A DNA stretch of 64,000 nt, taken from Desulfosudaceae bacterium. Its GTDB lineage: Bacteria > Desulfobacterota > Desulfobacteria > Desulfobacterales > Desulfosudaceae. The notes under the pieces are model-generated. The model did not search any database. It had not been told where the DNA came from and saw nothing but the letters and a program-made list of their open reading frames with translations. Both the position numbers and the translations under genes were made by a program. The DNA is taken from contig CAXXDV010000001.1 of the NCBI GenBank assembly GCA_963674745.2, forward strand, positions 2,016,001-2,080,000, in the 5' to 3' direction. Shown in pieces: positions 47,951 through 59,405 of this stretch. The first letter of the stretch is position 1; the number at the start of each line of letters is the position of its first letter.

Positions 47951-49261
47951 TCATAGCAGGTCCATGGGGTCAATCAGGTTTTTCTTGGTCGTAAATTTAA
48001 GCAGATACAGTGAAAAATCGGGAACGTAGGTTATTAAAATAAGCCCGATTACCAGGATAATGAAGAACGGAATAACCGATTTTAAAATTACCGGAAAAGA
48101 CTTGTTGAATTTTATCGAGGAGATAAACAGGCTCATACCGATTGGCGGGGTGACAAAGCCGAGCTCCATATTGGCCAGAAAGATGATGCCCAGATGAATC
48201 GGATCAACGCCATACTTTAAGGCAATGGGAACAATAATCGGCACCACGATGGCGCAAGCTGAAAATATGTCCATGGCCGTACCGACAAACAGGAGGAAAA
48301 TATTCAAAAGCAGGAGAAAGACATATTTATTGCTGACATGGTTGCAGATGATTTCAAACAATTGATCCGGAATGGACAGGGTCACAAACACATCCGTCAA
48401 CCCCAAAGCCATCCCCACAATGATCAGAATTGAGCCGTTCATGATCATGCTGCGACGAATAACGGTGATTAATTTGGTTACGGTCATATCCTTGGTGACA
48501 AACAGTTCGACCAGTAATACATAGACCGCGGTAACGGCGGCGGCTTCAGGGGCGGAGAAGATGCCGCCCAGGATACCGCCGACAACGAAAAAAGGCAGCG
48601 GCAATTCCCACATGATATCTCTGGTTGACGCCAGTATCTCAGAAAGGGAAATTTTTTTATGCCTGGTGTATTTAATGCCGAAGAAGAAAGAGTATATCCA
48701 CATCAATACCAGCAGGAGTAAGCCGGGAATAAGTCCGGCGATGAACATGTCTTCAACGTTCAGCGGTGTCTGCTGGCTGGCGATGACGCCATACAGAATC
48801 AGCGGCAGGCACGGCATAAACAGGGTGCCCAGGCTGCCGCCGGTGGTAATAAGCCCCAGGGTGAAGTTCTCGGGATAGTTGTCCTGGCGAAAAGCCGGGT
48901 AGAGGAGGGTGCCGATGGCCACAATGGTAATGGCACTGGCACCCGTGAAAGCCGTGAATATGGAACAGGCAATCAAGGCCACCAGGCACAACCCGCCGGG
49001 CATCCAGCCGATAAGCGAGTTGGTGAATCGCAGCATTTTTTCCGGGACCCGGCTTTCAGCCAGCAGATATCCGGAAAAAATAAAGAGTGGTACTGCCACA
49101 AACACCGGCATGGTGGTCAGCCGGTAAAAATCCGTAAACAGGGTAGCGGGTGCGATGCCAAGCACAACAAAAAAACTCGCAAAAGCCGCGCCGCCGATGA
49201 TAATAAACAGTGGTTCCCCGAAAACTGCCAGCAGGACAAGCCCTAATACAATAAAGCCCAC
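47951..49261 (-). CDS. dctM: TRAP transporter large permease
   Basis: AVPLFIFSG, GWMPGGL, FTAFTGAS, GVDPIHLGIIF and ELGFVTPPIG motifs. Confidence 0.93.
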   Translation of the reverse strand: MGFIVLGLVLLAVFGEPLFIIIGGAAFASFFVVLGIAPATLFTDFYRLTTMPVFVAVPLFIFSGYLLAESRVPEKMLRFTNSLIGWMPGGLCLVALIACSIFTAFTGASAITIVAIGTLLYPAFRQDNYPENFTLGLITTGGSLGTLFMPCLPLILYGVIASQQTPLNVEDMFIAGLIPGLLLLVLMWIYSFFFGIKYTRHKKISLSEILASTRDIMWELPLPFFVVGGILGGIFSAPEAAAVTAVYVLLVELFVTKDMTVTKLITVIRRSMIMNGSILIIVGMALGLTDVFVTLSIPDQLFEIICNHVSNKYVFLLLLNIFLLFVGTAMDIFSACAIVVPIIVPIALKYGVDPIHLGIIFLANMELGFVTPPIGMSLFISSIKFNKSFPVILKSVIPFFIILVIGLILITYVPDFSLYLLKFTTKKNLIDPMDLL

Positions 49262-49285
49262 GCCGTCTCCATTTCTGCTATCGCA

Positions 49286-49792
49286 TTATTGCTGTTTTTG
49301 TCTTTCTTTTATTTCGATTATATCCGTCAAAAAACAAACGAAAAACTTATAGGCCATGGAAAGAAAACAAACAGGGAAAATCAGTGTGATCACCCACTCC
49401 GGGGTGTGTATGGCCTGTTCTATTTTTCCCACGCTTTTGGTTACAAGTACATAGTGTGCGGCAAAGGAACAAAACATCAAGCAGGCCATGCTGGCGATAA
49501 ACGTCAACACCGCGTTCAAGTATTTATTATATGGAAATTTGAGAATCCCCTGAAAAAGGTCAATATTAATATGACTTCTTTCAAAACTCGTTGTCGCGAT
49601 ACTTGCCCCCAGCATGGCCAGTACCAGCAACGCCATATTATTGTAGACGGCCATCCAGATAATGGAAAAAGAAAAGAAATTTCGCAGGACGACCTGACTG
49701 AACGCGAAAACCGAAAGTGACAACAATAATATGACGATGGCCGTCAGTTCGATGTTGTATATAGCTTTTTCAATTTTATACAAAAGTTTCAT
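49286..49792 (-). CDS. dctQ: TRAP transporter small permease
   Basis: QVVLRN, LGASIA and HINID motifs; four TM segments. Confidence 0.9.
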   Translation of the reverse strand: MKLLYKIEKAIYNIELTAIVILLLSLSVFAFSQVVLRNFFSFSIIWMAVYNNMALLVLAMLGASIATTSFERSHINIDLFQGILKFPYNKYLNAVLTFIASMACLMFCSFAAHYVLVTKSVGKIEQAIHTPEWVITLIFPVCFLSMAYKFFVCFLTDIIEIKERQKQQ

Positions 49793-49798
49793 TTTAAG

Positions 49799-50668
49799 TT
49801 ACCGGCTCCCCATTTTTTCCAGGTAAATTTCAGCCTTGTATTTGGCAATCTGATTTAACAGTTCCACTTCCGGCATCTGTCCGTCCGGGGTGTCGATAAT
49901 GCTCTGATAAATGGCCCTGGTATCGTTGTCGTCTGTAACATAAAACCGGGCGTAAAACACCTTGGAAAGGAGAAACTTACCATCGTTCATATCGGAAATG
50001 GTCTGGAACGCTTTTTTTGCTTTTTGTTTGTCGCCGCCGAAGGTGGCCGGCAGCATGCTGTTGACCGTTCCCACAAACAGATGGGCATAGCCGTAGAAAT
50101 AATCGCCGTCAACTTCAGCTACATGGTTGGCCATATTGTTCACCGCGGCCAGGTCGATGGCGATCATGGGATCACCGGCGTTCAGCAGCACATTGGCGCC
50201 CATGCAGGAGGCCGTCCACATCAGAACCGGAATGAATTTTTTGCTTTTGATTTTTTTGCAGGCCACACTGATGCTTTCACCTTTTTTAAGTGCATTGCGG
50301 AACCCCCGGTGATGTTTCAGCGCTTTTATCCCCAGTTCGGTCCCCCGGGTGTATAAGGTGGTCGCCTGTTCAGGATCTACATCTTCAACCATCATTCCCA
50401 GGCCGGTATAAGCTTTTGTCGCCATGATCAGCAACAGCATGTCGTCAGGAGCGGTTTCCAGCATTCCTTCGAGCAGCAGGAGCTGTCCCGGAAGCCCCTT
50501 TTTTACGAGATCAAGATTTTTTTGCTGGAAAAGTGCAACCTCGATATTCTCAATGGCAGGGTGTGCGATCTTAATCCCTGAGCGCATCATGGAAGTGCAT
50601 CCGGATACCATTACCAGAAGAGCGGCTACGGCACACATACACACCAATTTCTGTTTGAATGAGGTCAT
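49799..50668 (-). CDS. TRAP transporter T component (TatT), lipoprotein
   Basis: Lipobox VSGC (Cys24); LP..LLLLEG.L...P, A..LY.RG...G..AL, P..FGGD...A...F and LLN.IAK.KA patterns; adjacent to dctQM. Confidence 0.82.
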   Translation of the reverse strand: MTSFKQKLVCMCAVAALLVMVSGCTSMMRSGIKIAHPAIENIEVALFQQKNLDLVKKGLPGQLLLLEGMLETAPDDMLLLIMATKAYTGLGMMVEDVDPEQATTLYTRGTELGIKALKHHRGFRNALKKGESISVACKKIKSKKFIPVLMWTASCMGANVLLNAGDPMIAIDLAAVNNMANHVAEVDGDYFYGYAHLFVGTVNSMLPATFGGDKQKAKKAFQTISDMNDGKFLLSKVFYARFYVTDDNDTRAIYQSIIDTPDGQMPEVELLNQIAKYKAEIYLEKMGSR

Positions 50669-50954
50669 GCTGGTCTCCCTTCCTTAACTTATGTTTTTTA
50701 TAAAAACCCGATCAAACCGGGAATGCTCCAAAATATGAGCTTGAACCCTTATGGTATCAGTTCATAAAAACGTGGTAACTATAACGGACAACAAACCGGC
50801 AGTCAAACCATTTCAGAAGATATCCCGAGAAGTTCGGTGTCTGCGTGCATTTTATAATTAATAAAAGTAAAACGTTTAATTTTTTAAATTGAATAATGTT
50901 CATTAACCGTATTTGTCAATAGTTTTTCGACTGAGCCCTGCCGGGGATAAAGGA

Positions 50955-50983
50955 TTGACATAAGCGGCTGTTTTTTCTATAAA
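50955..50983 (+). promoter_or_regulatory. sigma70-type promoter
   Basis: TTGACA-N17-TATAAA upstream of the giant membrane protein gene. Confidence 0.65.
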
Positions 50984-51033
50984 GGACCCTGTCCGTATCA
51001 ATCAACCCCTTTTATTTATTGCAGGAAACAGCA

Positions 51034-54000
51034 ATGAAAAAATTTTTGGTGTTTGCTTTGATGATATGTGCCGTTATGCCGCTAGCGGCAGCCCCCCTGG
51101 AACGAAACGATGTCCCGGCCCCTTTAAAGCCTTGGATTGACTGGGTTTTGCATGGTGAAAAAGAGGATTTGTGTACGATTTTCTATAATGATGGTGACCG
51201 GTCTGTCTGCGCCTGGCCGTCATTTTTGAATCTGGAGGTCCAGAAATCAACGGCCCGATTCTCTCAGCAATGGCGGGTGTATTCGGAGGATACATGGCTG
51301 CTCCTTCCGGGTGGCAGCAACATGTGGCCGCAGGAAGTGATGGCCAATGGTACCACGTTTCCGGTGGGCGAAAGGGCCGGCCGGCCGGCGGTGTATATTA
51401 AAACCCCCGGAGAGTATTCGATTAATGGTGTGTTCAGTTTTGATCGTCTGCCGGAATGGCTTCGCGTACCCGAACAGACCGGTCTTGTTAACCTTTCCAT
51501 CAGGGGAAAGGATGTTTCTTTTCCCCGCCTGGATAGGGAAGGGCGGCTTTGGCTCAGTCAGGAGAAAGACAACCAGCCGGAAACCGAGAGCCGGGAAAAC
51601 CGGTTTCAACTCCAGGTTCACCGCCTGATTCAGGACGATATACCGCTTCGGATGATAACGCGGCTGGAGCTTTCCGTCTCAGGCAAGCATCGGGAGGTTC
51701 GCCTGGGCAAGGCCAATACGGAAGGGTTTATCCCCATGCGGATCAACAGCGACCTGCCTGTCAAGATTGACAGTGACGGTATTCTTGTGGCCCAGGTCAG
51801 GCCGGGTAAGTGGGCCATTGAAATTACGGCCAGGCACAAGGGGCCGGTAACGGAATTGGCGCTGGCCACGGTCGGCGGTTTTGATGTGAAGGAAGAGACC
51901 TGGGCTTTTGACGCCCGTCGCCATTTGCGCCAGGTCTCAATTGAAGGACCGTCCCAGATCGATCCCATGCAGACCACCGTTCCGGATGCCTGGCGACAGT
52001 ATCCGGTTTATCTCATGACATCGCAGGACACGATGACCTTTATCGTCAAGAAGCGGGGTGATCCCCAGCCGAAGCCGGATCAATTGAATCTGCAACGGAC
52101 CCTGTGGCTGAATTTTGACGGGCGGGGATGTTCCGTCAGGGATCACATCACCGGCAACCTGACCACCGGCTGGCGGCTGGAAGTAAATCCGCAGCAGGAG
52201 CTGGGGCGCGTGACGGTTAATGACCAGGAGCAGTTTATCACCCGCGCGGCGGACACCGGTAAGGTCGGTGTGGAAGTGCGCTTCGGGGAAATCAACCTTT
52301 CGGCCGAAAGCCGGATCAGCCGTTCGGGCAGGATAGCGGTGACGGGTTGGGACAGAGATTTTCAGTCGGTAAAAGGAACGCTAAACCTGCCTCCCGGGTG
52401 GTCGTTGTTTCATGCGGCGGGTATCGACAATATACGTCAGACCTGGCTGAAGCAGTGGAACCTGCTGGACTTGTTTCTTGTTCTCGTGGTTGCGGCTGCG
52501 GTTGCCCGGCTCTGCGGCGGCCGCTGGGGGATGGTATCCCTGATAACCTTGATTCTGTTGAATCATGAAGCGGATGCGCCCCGCTGGATATGGTTGCATC
52601 TGCTGGCGGCCATGGCGCTTTTGCGGGTGTTGCCCCGGGGAAAACTTCGTTTCCTGGTGGACTATTACCGTTTCGGCACGATTGTCTGCCTGGTGGTGAT
52701 CAGCCTGCCCTTCATGGTCTCCCAGTTCAAGTACGGTTTTTATCCTCAGCTGGAAAGGCCCTGGCAGGTCATGGGGCCGGGCGGACAAGCGGCGCAAGCG
52801 GTTGATGAACCGGTTCGGCGGTCGCGGACCATGACCGGGACGGCGTCGGAAATGCGGTTTGATAAGACGACCGGGTTAACAGCCGGTTTATATGATTCAT
52901 CTCCGCGAAAAGGGCTGTCTCCCCAGATGGGCATGATGGACATCGGGGCCAAAATCCAGACCGGACCGGGTATCCCCAACTGGAGCTGGAATCAGGTGGC
53001 CTTCTCCTGGAACGGGCCGGTGGCCAGAGGCGATCAGATGAAGTTTTTGTTCATATCCCCTGCGGCCAATCTGGTGCTGGCGGTGATGCGGGTATTGCTG
53101 CTGGCTGCCATGATTTTCGGGTTGACCGGGATCGGCTACGCGGCCGGAAAAGGGTTGGAATTCTCGAAGCTAAAACCCGGGCGTGCGGCCGTCTTTGTCT
53201 TTATTCTTATGATCTGTTGTCTGATGACGCCGCTAAAAGCCGATGCCGCTGACGCGTTTCCGTCTGATTCCCTGCTGAAAGAATTAAAGAGCAAACTCAC
53301 CGATAAGGAAGCGCCGGCATGCCTTCCCAATTGTGCTTCCAGCCCACGGATGCAGATGGTAATTGACAGTAAGTCATTACGAATCAGTATGGAAATCAAT
53401 ATCTTGTATGATGATGTGGCCGTGCCGCTGCCGGGCTCGGATCAGCACTGGCTACCGGAAAAGGTGCTGGTCGATAATCGTTCCGCGACTGATCTTTATC
53501 GTTCCCCTTCCACCGGCCAACTGTGGCTGCGTGTGACCAGGGAAGCCACCAGGTGGATTTACAGGGCCGGTTGCCGCGGCGTCAGACGGTTCAGTTGCTT
53601 TTGCCTTTAAAACCGCATTTTGTTGAAGCCCGGGCAGAGGGGTGGACGATAGACGGTCTGCATGAAAATGGTGTCGCCGACAACCAGTTGCAGTTTACCC
53701 GGATCAATCTGGATGATGGAAAGAAATCCGCCGGATTTTCCGGAGAGTCTTTTGACCCCCTGTTGCTGCCGCCGTTTCTGGAGGTGCAGCGTACGATATG
53801 TCTGGGGTTGGACTGGCAGGTGGAAACCAGGATCGAGCGCCTGACACCCGACGGGCCGGCCGTGGTGGCCGCTGTCCCCCTGCTGGAAGGCGAGTCGGTC
53901 ACCTCGGATATCCCCGTAGAGAACGGCCGGGTACTGATTAATCTGGGGCCGAACCAGCGGTCTTTCAGCTGGACATCCGCTCTTGAAAAAACCGACCGAC

Positions 54001-55172
54001 TGGTTTTAAAAGCGGCTGAAACACTGGAGTGGACCGAGGTCTGGCGGGCCAATGTCGGTCCCATCTGGCATGCCGACATAGAAGGGATTCCGGTTATTCA
54101 TCACCGGGACAGGGGCGGCAACTGGCTGCCGGAATGGCGGCCCTGGCCGGGTGAAGAGGTCGTTTTACACCTGACCCGCCCGGAGGGGATCGGCGGTCAG
54201 ACGCATACCATTGAAAACAGCCGGCTGGTGGTAAAACCGGGGCAGCGCATCATTCACACCGATCTGGAGCTGAACATCAGGAGCAGTCGGGGCAGCCGGC
54301 AGGTGATCACCCTGCCGGAAAATGCGGAAATACAGAATGTTGAGATTAACGGTCAATCTCAGACGATAAACGAAAGCGGTCGCAAAGTGACGTTGCCGTT
54401 GACACCGGGGCAGCAGAAGATCCGACTGACCTGGTGGGAAGACAAAGAGCTCGGCATTAAGTGGGTCACACCCCGAATCGACCTGGGGGTTTCCAGCGTA
54501 GACGCCTTTATCACCGCTCATATGCCCCAGGATCGCTGGCTGTTGTTATGCGGCGGACCCCACGTGGGACCGGCGGTGTTGTTCTGGAGTGCCGTTCTGG
54601 TTATCGTGCTGATGTCGGCCGGCCTGGGCAGGATTGCGATAACCCCCCTGTGGTTTCGGCACTGGCTGCTGCTGGGCCTGGGCTTGACGCAAACGTCGTT
54701 GCTGGCGGCGCTGCCGGTGGTGGCCTGGTTTTTAATGCTGGGTTACCGCAAAAGAAAGGGGCCCCAGCTTTCCCGCCTGGCCTTCAACGGAACCCAGGTG
54801 CTGCTGGTTTTTCTTACCGGTGCCGCCTTACTGGCGCTTCTGGCCGGCATCAAACAGGGGCTGCTCGGATACCCGGACATGCAGGTGGCCGGTAACGGGT
54901 CCGGCAATTATGTTCTTAACTGGTATGCGGATATCGCCGATAACACCCTTCCCCGGGCGTGGGTGATTTCGGTGCCGATTGCCGTATACCGCCTGTTTAT
55001 TCTGGCCTGGGCCCTGTGGCTGGCCTTTGCCCTTATGCGATGGCTGAACTGGGCCTGGGAGTGTTTCAGCTCCGGCGGGCTGTGGCGTCCTTTCAACCTG
55101 CGGCAAAGAATCGGAAAAAAACCCGGTGGGGCGGATGGAAACGGCACGCCCATCGATCTGGCGGATGGCTGA
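51034..55172 (+). CDS. giant (~1380 aa) hypothetical membrane protein split by one frameshift
   Basis: ORFs 51019-53610 and 53523-55172 overlap; adding one base near 53535 gives LWLRV-DQGSHQV; signal peptide, TM clusters and internally repeated modules. Confidence 0.75.
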
Positions 55173-55585
55173 TCCGGATATCAGGACACATCCGCGATGA
55201 ACAACACCAACCTTACATGTTTTATTCTCGTTCGTCCAACCCTTGCCTGACCGCGGGCGGAAATGGCCGAAAAGAAAAATCCTTATTCAACGTTCTGGAA
55301 ATTGATAAATGATTTGAATCCGATGACCGGGGACCGTTCGGCAAAGGTAAAAACCGTTTGTGTTTCTTGTGAGGGTGTGTTAGTTTATTAAATACGTCAG
55401 CAACAAAAATTCTCATTTAAATTGTTCAAATTCGTCGATTTTAGCCCGGATATTTATCGCGTTGATTTGGAAGCCTCTGTCAGACGCTGGGCGCAATACC
55501 TGCAGAGGGCTAGCCTTTATTCTGTTTTTTTGTTTATCGTTTATCAGGCGATGACTGCGGCCGATGGGTTCCCATATCGCCTGCC

Positions 55586-56677
55586 ATGGTCATTTTACTG
55601 CGTTCACGGAGGGACAGGGTGACCGGAAATTCAGAAAATCAGAGTCGCTTCTGCGGTTCCATAACAGGCAGAATGGCATTTCTTTTTCTGGCTGCTGCGC
55701 TGTTAACCGTCCTGGTGGCGTTAATATTCTCCAGGCATTCGAATATGGGTAGGCTGAGCGATGGGGGCAAGGCGTCCTTCTTTCCCCTGACAGTAGGCAT
55801 TAATAACAGTTTGAAATCCGCCCCGTTGGTCATTGCCGATAAAATCGGAGGTTTTACGCAGCAGGGGCTGGCGGTGACACTGTCCCGGGCGTCAACATCA
55901 GCGCTTCTCCTGGAAAGGATGCTGGCCGGAAAACTGGACGTCGTCTGCGTGCCCGAGCAATTGATCGCCTTTCTGGCCATGGAACGCAGCGACTTTCGGG
56001 TACTGGCTGTGTTGAACCGTAATCAGAGCCAGGAGCTGATTATCAATACAGACAAAAAGGTATACTCTCCCTTTGGTCTGAAAGGCCGGCGCATCGGGCT
56101 GGATATGGATAGTGCCGCGCCATATTTTCTTTATCGCAAACTGCTTTTTTACAATATCACTCTGGGAGATGTCGAGCTGATTGACCTAAAGCCGAACATG
56201 ATTCCGGACAAAATGGCCGCCGGTGAAATCGATGCGGCTATTGTCTGGCCGCCTTATTCCAGTCGGATTCGTCGGCAGCTGGGGACACGGGCGGTGTTTT
56301 CAAACGCCCATCTTGGGCGGGATATGTACTGGCTGCTGGTTGCCCGGGATGACTGGTGCCGCGATCATGAGCAAGTGCTGGAATATTTTTTTGTGGCGCT
56401 GGAAACGGCCTTTGTCTTCATGAAGGACTTTCCCGGTAAGGCCATGTCGATGGCGGGTGAATATTTCGATTCCCCGTCCCACCGTGTTTCAGAGGAGTGG
56501 GGGCTTTATCATTTTGATCTGGAACTGCCGCAGAGTCTGCTGTTTGCCCTGGAGCAGGAAGCCAGGTGGTGGCGGGAGTGGCATCAGGCAAACGGCAGGC
56601 TGCCTGATTTTTTCCTCCTGGTTGAAAGCCGTCCGTTGAAAAACACGTTTCCGGATAAGGTGACGATTATTCAATAA
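55586..56677 (+). CDS. NMT1/SsuA-like periplasmic substrate-binding protein
   Basis: N-terminal TM segment; F.QQGLAV, LKGRRIG and GEIDAAIVWPP motifs; true start may be downstream. Confidence 0.8.
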   Translation: MVILLRSRRDRVTGNSENQSRFCGSITGRMAFLFLAAALLTVLVALIFSRHSNMGRLSDGGKASFFPLTVGINNSLKSAPLVIADKIGGFTQQGLAVTLSRASTSALLLERMLAGKLDVVCVPEQLIAFLAMERSDFRVLAVLNRNQSQELIINTDKKVYSPFGLKGRRIGLDMDSAAPYFLYRKLLFYNITLGDVELIDLKPNMIPDKMAAGEIDAAIVWPPYSSRIRRQLGTRAVFSNAHLGRDMYWLLVARDDWCRDHEQVLEYFFVALETAFVFMKDFPGKAMSMAGEYFDSPSHRVSEEWGLYHFDLELPQSLLFALEQEARWWREWHQANGRLPDFFLLVESRPLKNTFPDKVTIIQ

Positions 56678-56692
56678 GAGACAGGTGCCGGT

Positions 56693-58960
56693 ATGCGGAT
56701 TCGAAAAATTATTTCATATATTGTCGTCATTGTTTTTCTGATTGTTGCTGTGTCCGTCGGCTCGGTTTTGTTTCTGTTCTTTGAGTACGAACAGGCACAG
56801 GTCCGGGAAAACGCTATCCGGAGTGTTAGCGGCACACTGGCTGATGTCTCTTCGGTCTTGAGTGAATTCCTTTTCTCTCCCACGCCCAGAAATAAACGCC
56901 AACTGCGCCTGGCAACATGGGCATTGACCGGCGGAATCAATCAGCTTGACCAATTTGTGGAGCTGACCCCTCGTGTTCACCTGCTCCATGACCGTCAGGA
57001 GGCCCTGGTCAACAATATCACCTGGCTTTTGCAATTTGAAGAGGTGGTGCCGGATGGGGACACCCTTAATCATCATACAAAACAGGCCAGAACGGAGGTC
57101 GGTGGACAGGCGCTTTTGACCGTCCGGGAGATAGCCGGTTATCTGTCGGAGATTGATGCCGGCCTCAGGCAGGATACGGCCGTCAAACAATTGACCATGC
57201 TGGGCTCATCATTTGCCGCCATTTGCCTTATCAGCGCCGTCATGGGGCTGATAATTGTCTGGATGCGAAAACGGCTTTTGCTTCCTGTCTTCAGGCTGCG
57301 GTTTGCCGCCGGAAAGATCGCTGAAGGGGATTATTCGATTGATACGGGCATCACCCGGTCCGATGAAATCGGGGAACTGGCGGCTTCTTTTGATACCATG
57401 AAGAATGCTATTCGTCAGCATATAACCGCCCTGGCGGAAAACGAGGAGAACATCCGGGCCACGCTTCATTCCATCGGTGATGCGGTTATTGCCACGGACA
57501 CCAGGGGAAATGTCACCCGTATGAATCCGGTAGCGGAACGGCTGACCGGATGGTCGAGGGAAGAGGGCGTGGGGCGGCCGGTAACAGATGTGTTTCGGAT
57601 TATCGATGCGAAGACCCGTGAACCCGCAACCGATCCCGTTACCAAAGTGCTCCAAACCGGCGGGACCGTCGGACTGGCCAATCATACCAGCCTGATCAGT
57701 CGGAATGGCCAGGAGCATCAGATTGCTGATTCGGGCGCGCCGATCAGGGGCAGGGACGCCGTCATCACGGGCGTGGTACTTGTTTTCCGTGATGTAACCG
57801 ACAGTTATTGTATGCAGGAATCGCTTCGGGAAAGCGAACAACGATACCGGACTTTTGTGGAAAGATTCAAGGGTATTGCCTATCGCGGTCGGATGGATTT
57901 CTCTGTGGAATTTTTTCATGGCGCGGTCGATGAACTGACCGGTTATTCGGAGCAGGATTTTGTTTCCGGCGGGATCCGTTGGGATGCATTGATCCACCCT
58001 GAGGATCTTGATCAGCTGTTTTCCGAAGACGAGGCCCGCCTGCATACGATTCCCGGATTTTCATATGAACGGGAATACCGGATCCGTCGAAAAGACGGTC
58101 AGGTCCGCTGGATACATGACAACATCCAGAATATTTGTGATGAAACCGGTCAGCCGGCTTTATTACAGGGCACGATTCATGACATTACGGATCAGAAAAT
58201 GGCCGAGAAATCACTGCTGCGGGCAAGGGACGAGCTTGCCAGATACGCGGCCGAGCTTGAATCGACCAACAGGGATCTGGAAGATTTCGTGTATATCGCG
58301 TCCCACGATCTCAAAGAGCCGCTTCGCGGCATTCACAACTATTCGTCTTTTTTACTGGAAGACTATTCCGATAAGCTGGAAGAAGACGGTCAGTCAAAAC
58401 TGCGCACGTTGATGCGCCTGACCCGGCGGCTGGAATCGCTGCTGGATGATCTGCTCCACTATTCCCGGGTAGGACGCCTTGAACTGGCCATGCGGCAGAC
58501 CGATTCCGGTGAACTGGTCCGGGAGGTGCTGGAAACCATGGAGAATCTGCTGGAAGACGATAATGTCAGCGTTGCCATTGCGGCTGACATGCCGCAGATT
58601 GTATGTGACCGGGCCAGTGTGGGAGAGGTTTTCCGCAACCTGATTTCAAACGCGGTAAAATACAATGACAGCCACGATAAGCGGGTGGATATCGGCGGGG
58701 AAAAAGAGAACGATGACGGCATGGTGGTGCTTTATGTCCGTGATAACGGTATCGGCATTCCGGATAAACACCGGGAAAAAGTGTTTAAAATTTTCAAGCG
58801 GCTGCACGGGCGGGATAAATATGGCGGTGGTACCGGTTCGGGGCTGACCCTTGCCCGTCGGATCATCGAACGGCACGGCGGGTCGATCCGCGTTACGTCC
58901 GAGTTCGGGCAGGGCAGTACATTCTGGTTTACGCTGCCCGGGAGGAAGCACGATGAGTGA
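56693..58960 (+). CDS. sensor histidine kinase (TM-HAMP-PAS-PAS-HisKA-HATPase)
   Basis: DEIGEL, SIGDAVI, IHPED, ASHDLKEPLR, NLISNAVKY, DNGIGI and GSGL motifs. Confidence 0.93.
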   Translation: MRIRKIISYIVVIVFLIVAVSVGSVLFLFFEYEQAQVRENAIRSVSGTLADVSSVLSEFLFSPTPRNKRQLRLATWALTGGINQLDQFVELTPRVHLLHDRQEALVNNITWLLQFEEVVPDGDTLNHHTKQARTEVGGQALLTVREIAGYLSEIDAGLRQDTAVKQLTMLGSSFAAICLISAVMGLIIVWMRKRLLLPVFRLRFAAGKIAEGDYSIDTGITRSDEIGELAASFDTMKNAIRQHITALAENEENIRATLHSIGDAVIATDTRGNVTRMNPVAERLTGWSREEGVGRPVTDVFRIIDAKTREPATDPVTKVLQTGGTVGLANHTSLISRNGQEHQIADSGAPIRGRDAVITGVVLVFRDVTDSYCMQESLRESEQRYRTFVERFKGIAYRGRMDFSVEFFHGAVDELTGYSEQDFVSGGIRWDALIHPEDLDQLFSEDEARLHTIPGFSYEREYRIRRKDGQVRWIHDNIQNICDETGQPALLQGTIHDITDQKMAEKSLLRARDELARYAAELESTNRDLEDFVYIASHDLKEPLRGIHNYSSFLLEDYSDKLEEDGQSKLRTLMRLTRRLESLLDDLLHYSRVGRLELAMRQTDSGELVREVLETMENLLEDDNVSVAIAADMPQIVCDRASVGEVFRNLISNAVKYNDSHDKRVDIGGEKENDDGMVVLYVRDNGIGIPDKHREKVFKIFKRLHGRDKYGGGTGSGLTLARRIIERHGGSIRVTSEFGQGSTFWFTLPGRKHDE

Positions 58961-59405
58961 AGAGACATCAAATATACTGATCGTTGAAGACAGTCCCGAG
59001 GATTTTGAAGCCACCGTCAGGGTGCTGCGTCGATCCGGCTTGAAAAATCCTATTTTTCAATGCATTGACGGTGATGATGCCTTGGACTATCTGTATCGTC
59101 GCGGCAGATACGCTGATCCTGAGGTGTCCCCACGGCCGGGAATCATTCTGCTTGATCTTAACATGCCGGGAACAGACGGCCGTGAAGTGTTGGAGGAGAT
59201 TAAAATGGACCCCCGATTACGACGTATCCCGGTAGTGGTATTGACCACTTCAGGTGATGAACGCGACATTAACATGTCCTATGACCGGGGTGCCAACAGC
59301 TACCTTCAGAAGCCCGTCGACCTGGAAGGTTTTGTCAGGGCCATTACCATGCTCAAGGGGTACTGGTTTGAAATAACCGTTTTACCGAAAGGAGACCAGG
59401 CATGA
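58953..59405 (+). CDS. single-domain response regulator (Rcp1-like)
   Basis: ILIVEDS, LLDLNMPG.DGREVL, LTTS and ANSYLQKP motifs; GGAGG RBS; overlaps the kinase stop. Confidence 0.92.
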   Translation: MSEETSNILIVEDSPEDFEATVRVLRRSGLKNPIFQCIDGDDALDYLYRRGRYADPEVSPRPGIILLDLNMPGTDGREVLEEIKMDPRLRRIPVVVLTTSGDERDINMSYDRGANSYLQKPVDLEGFVRAITMLKGYWFEITVLPKGDQA

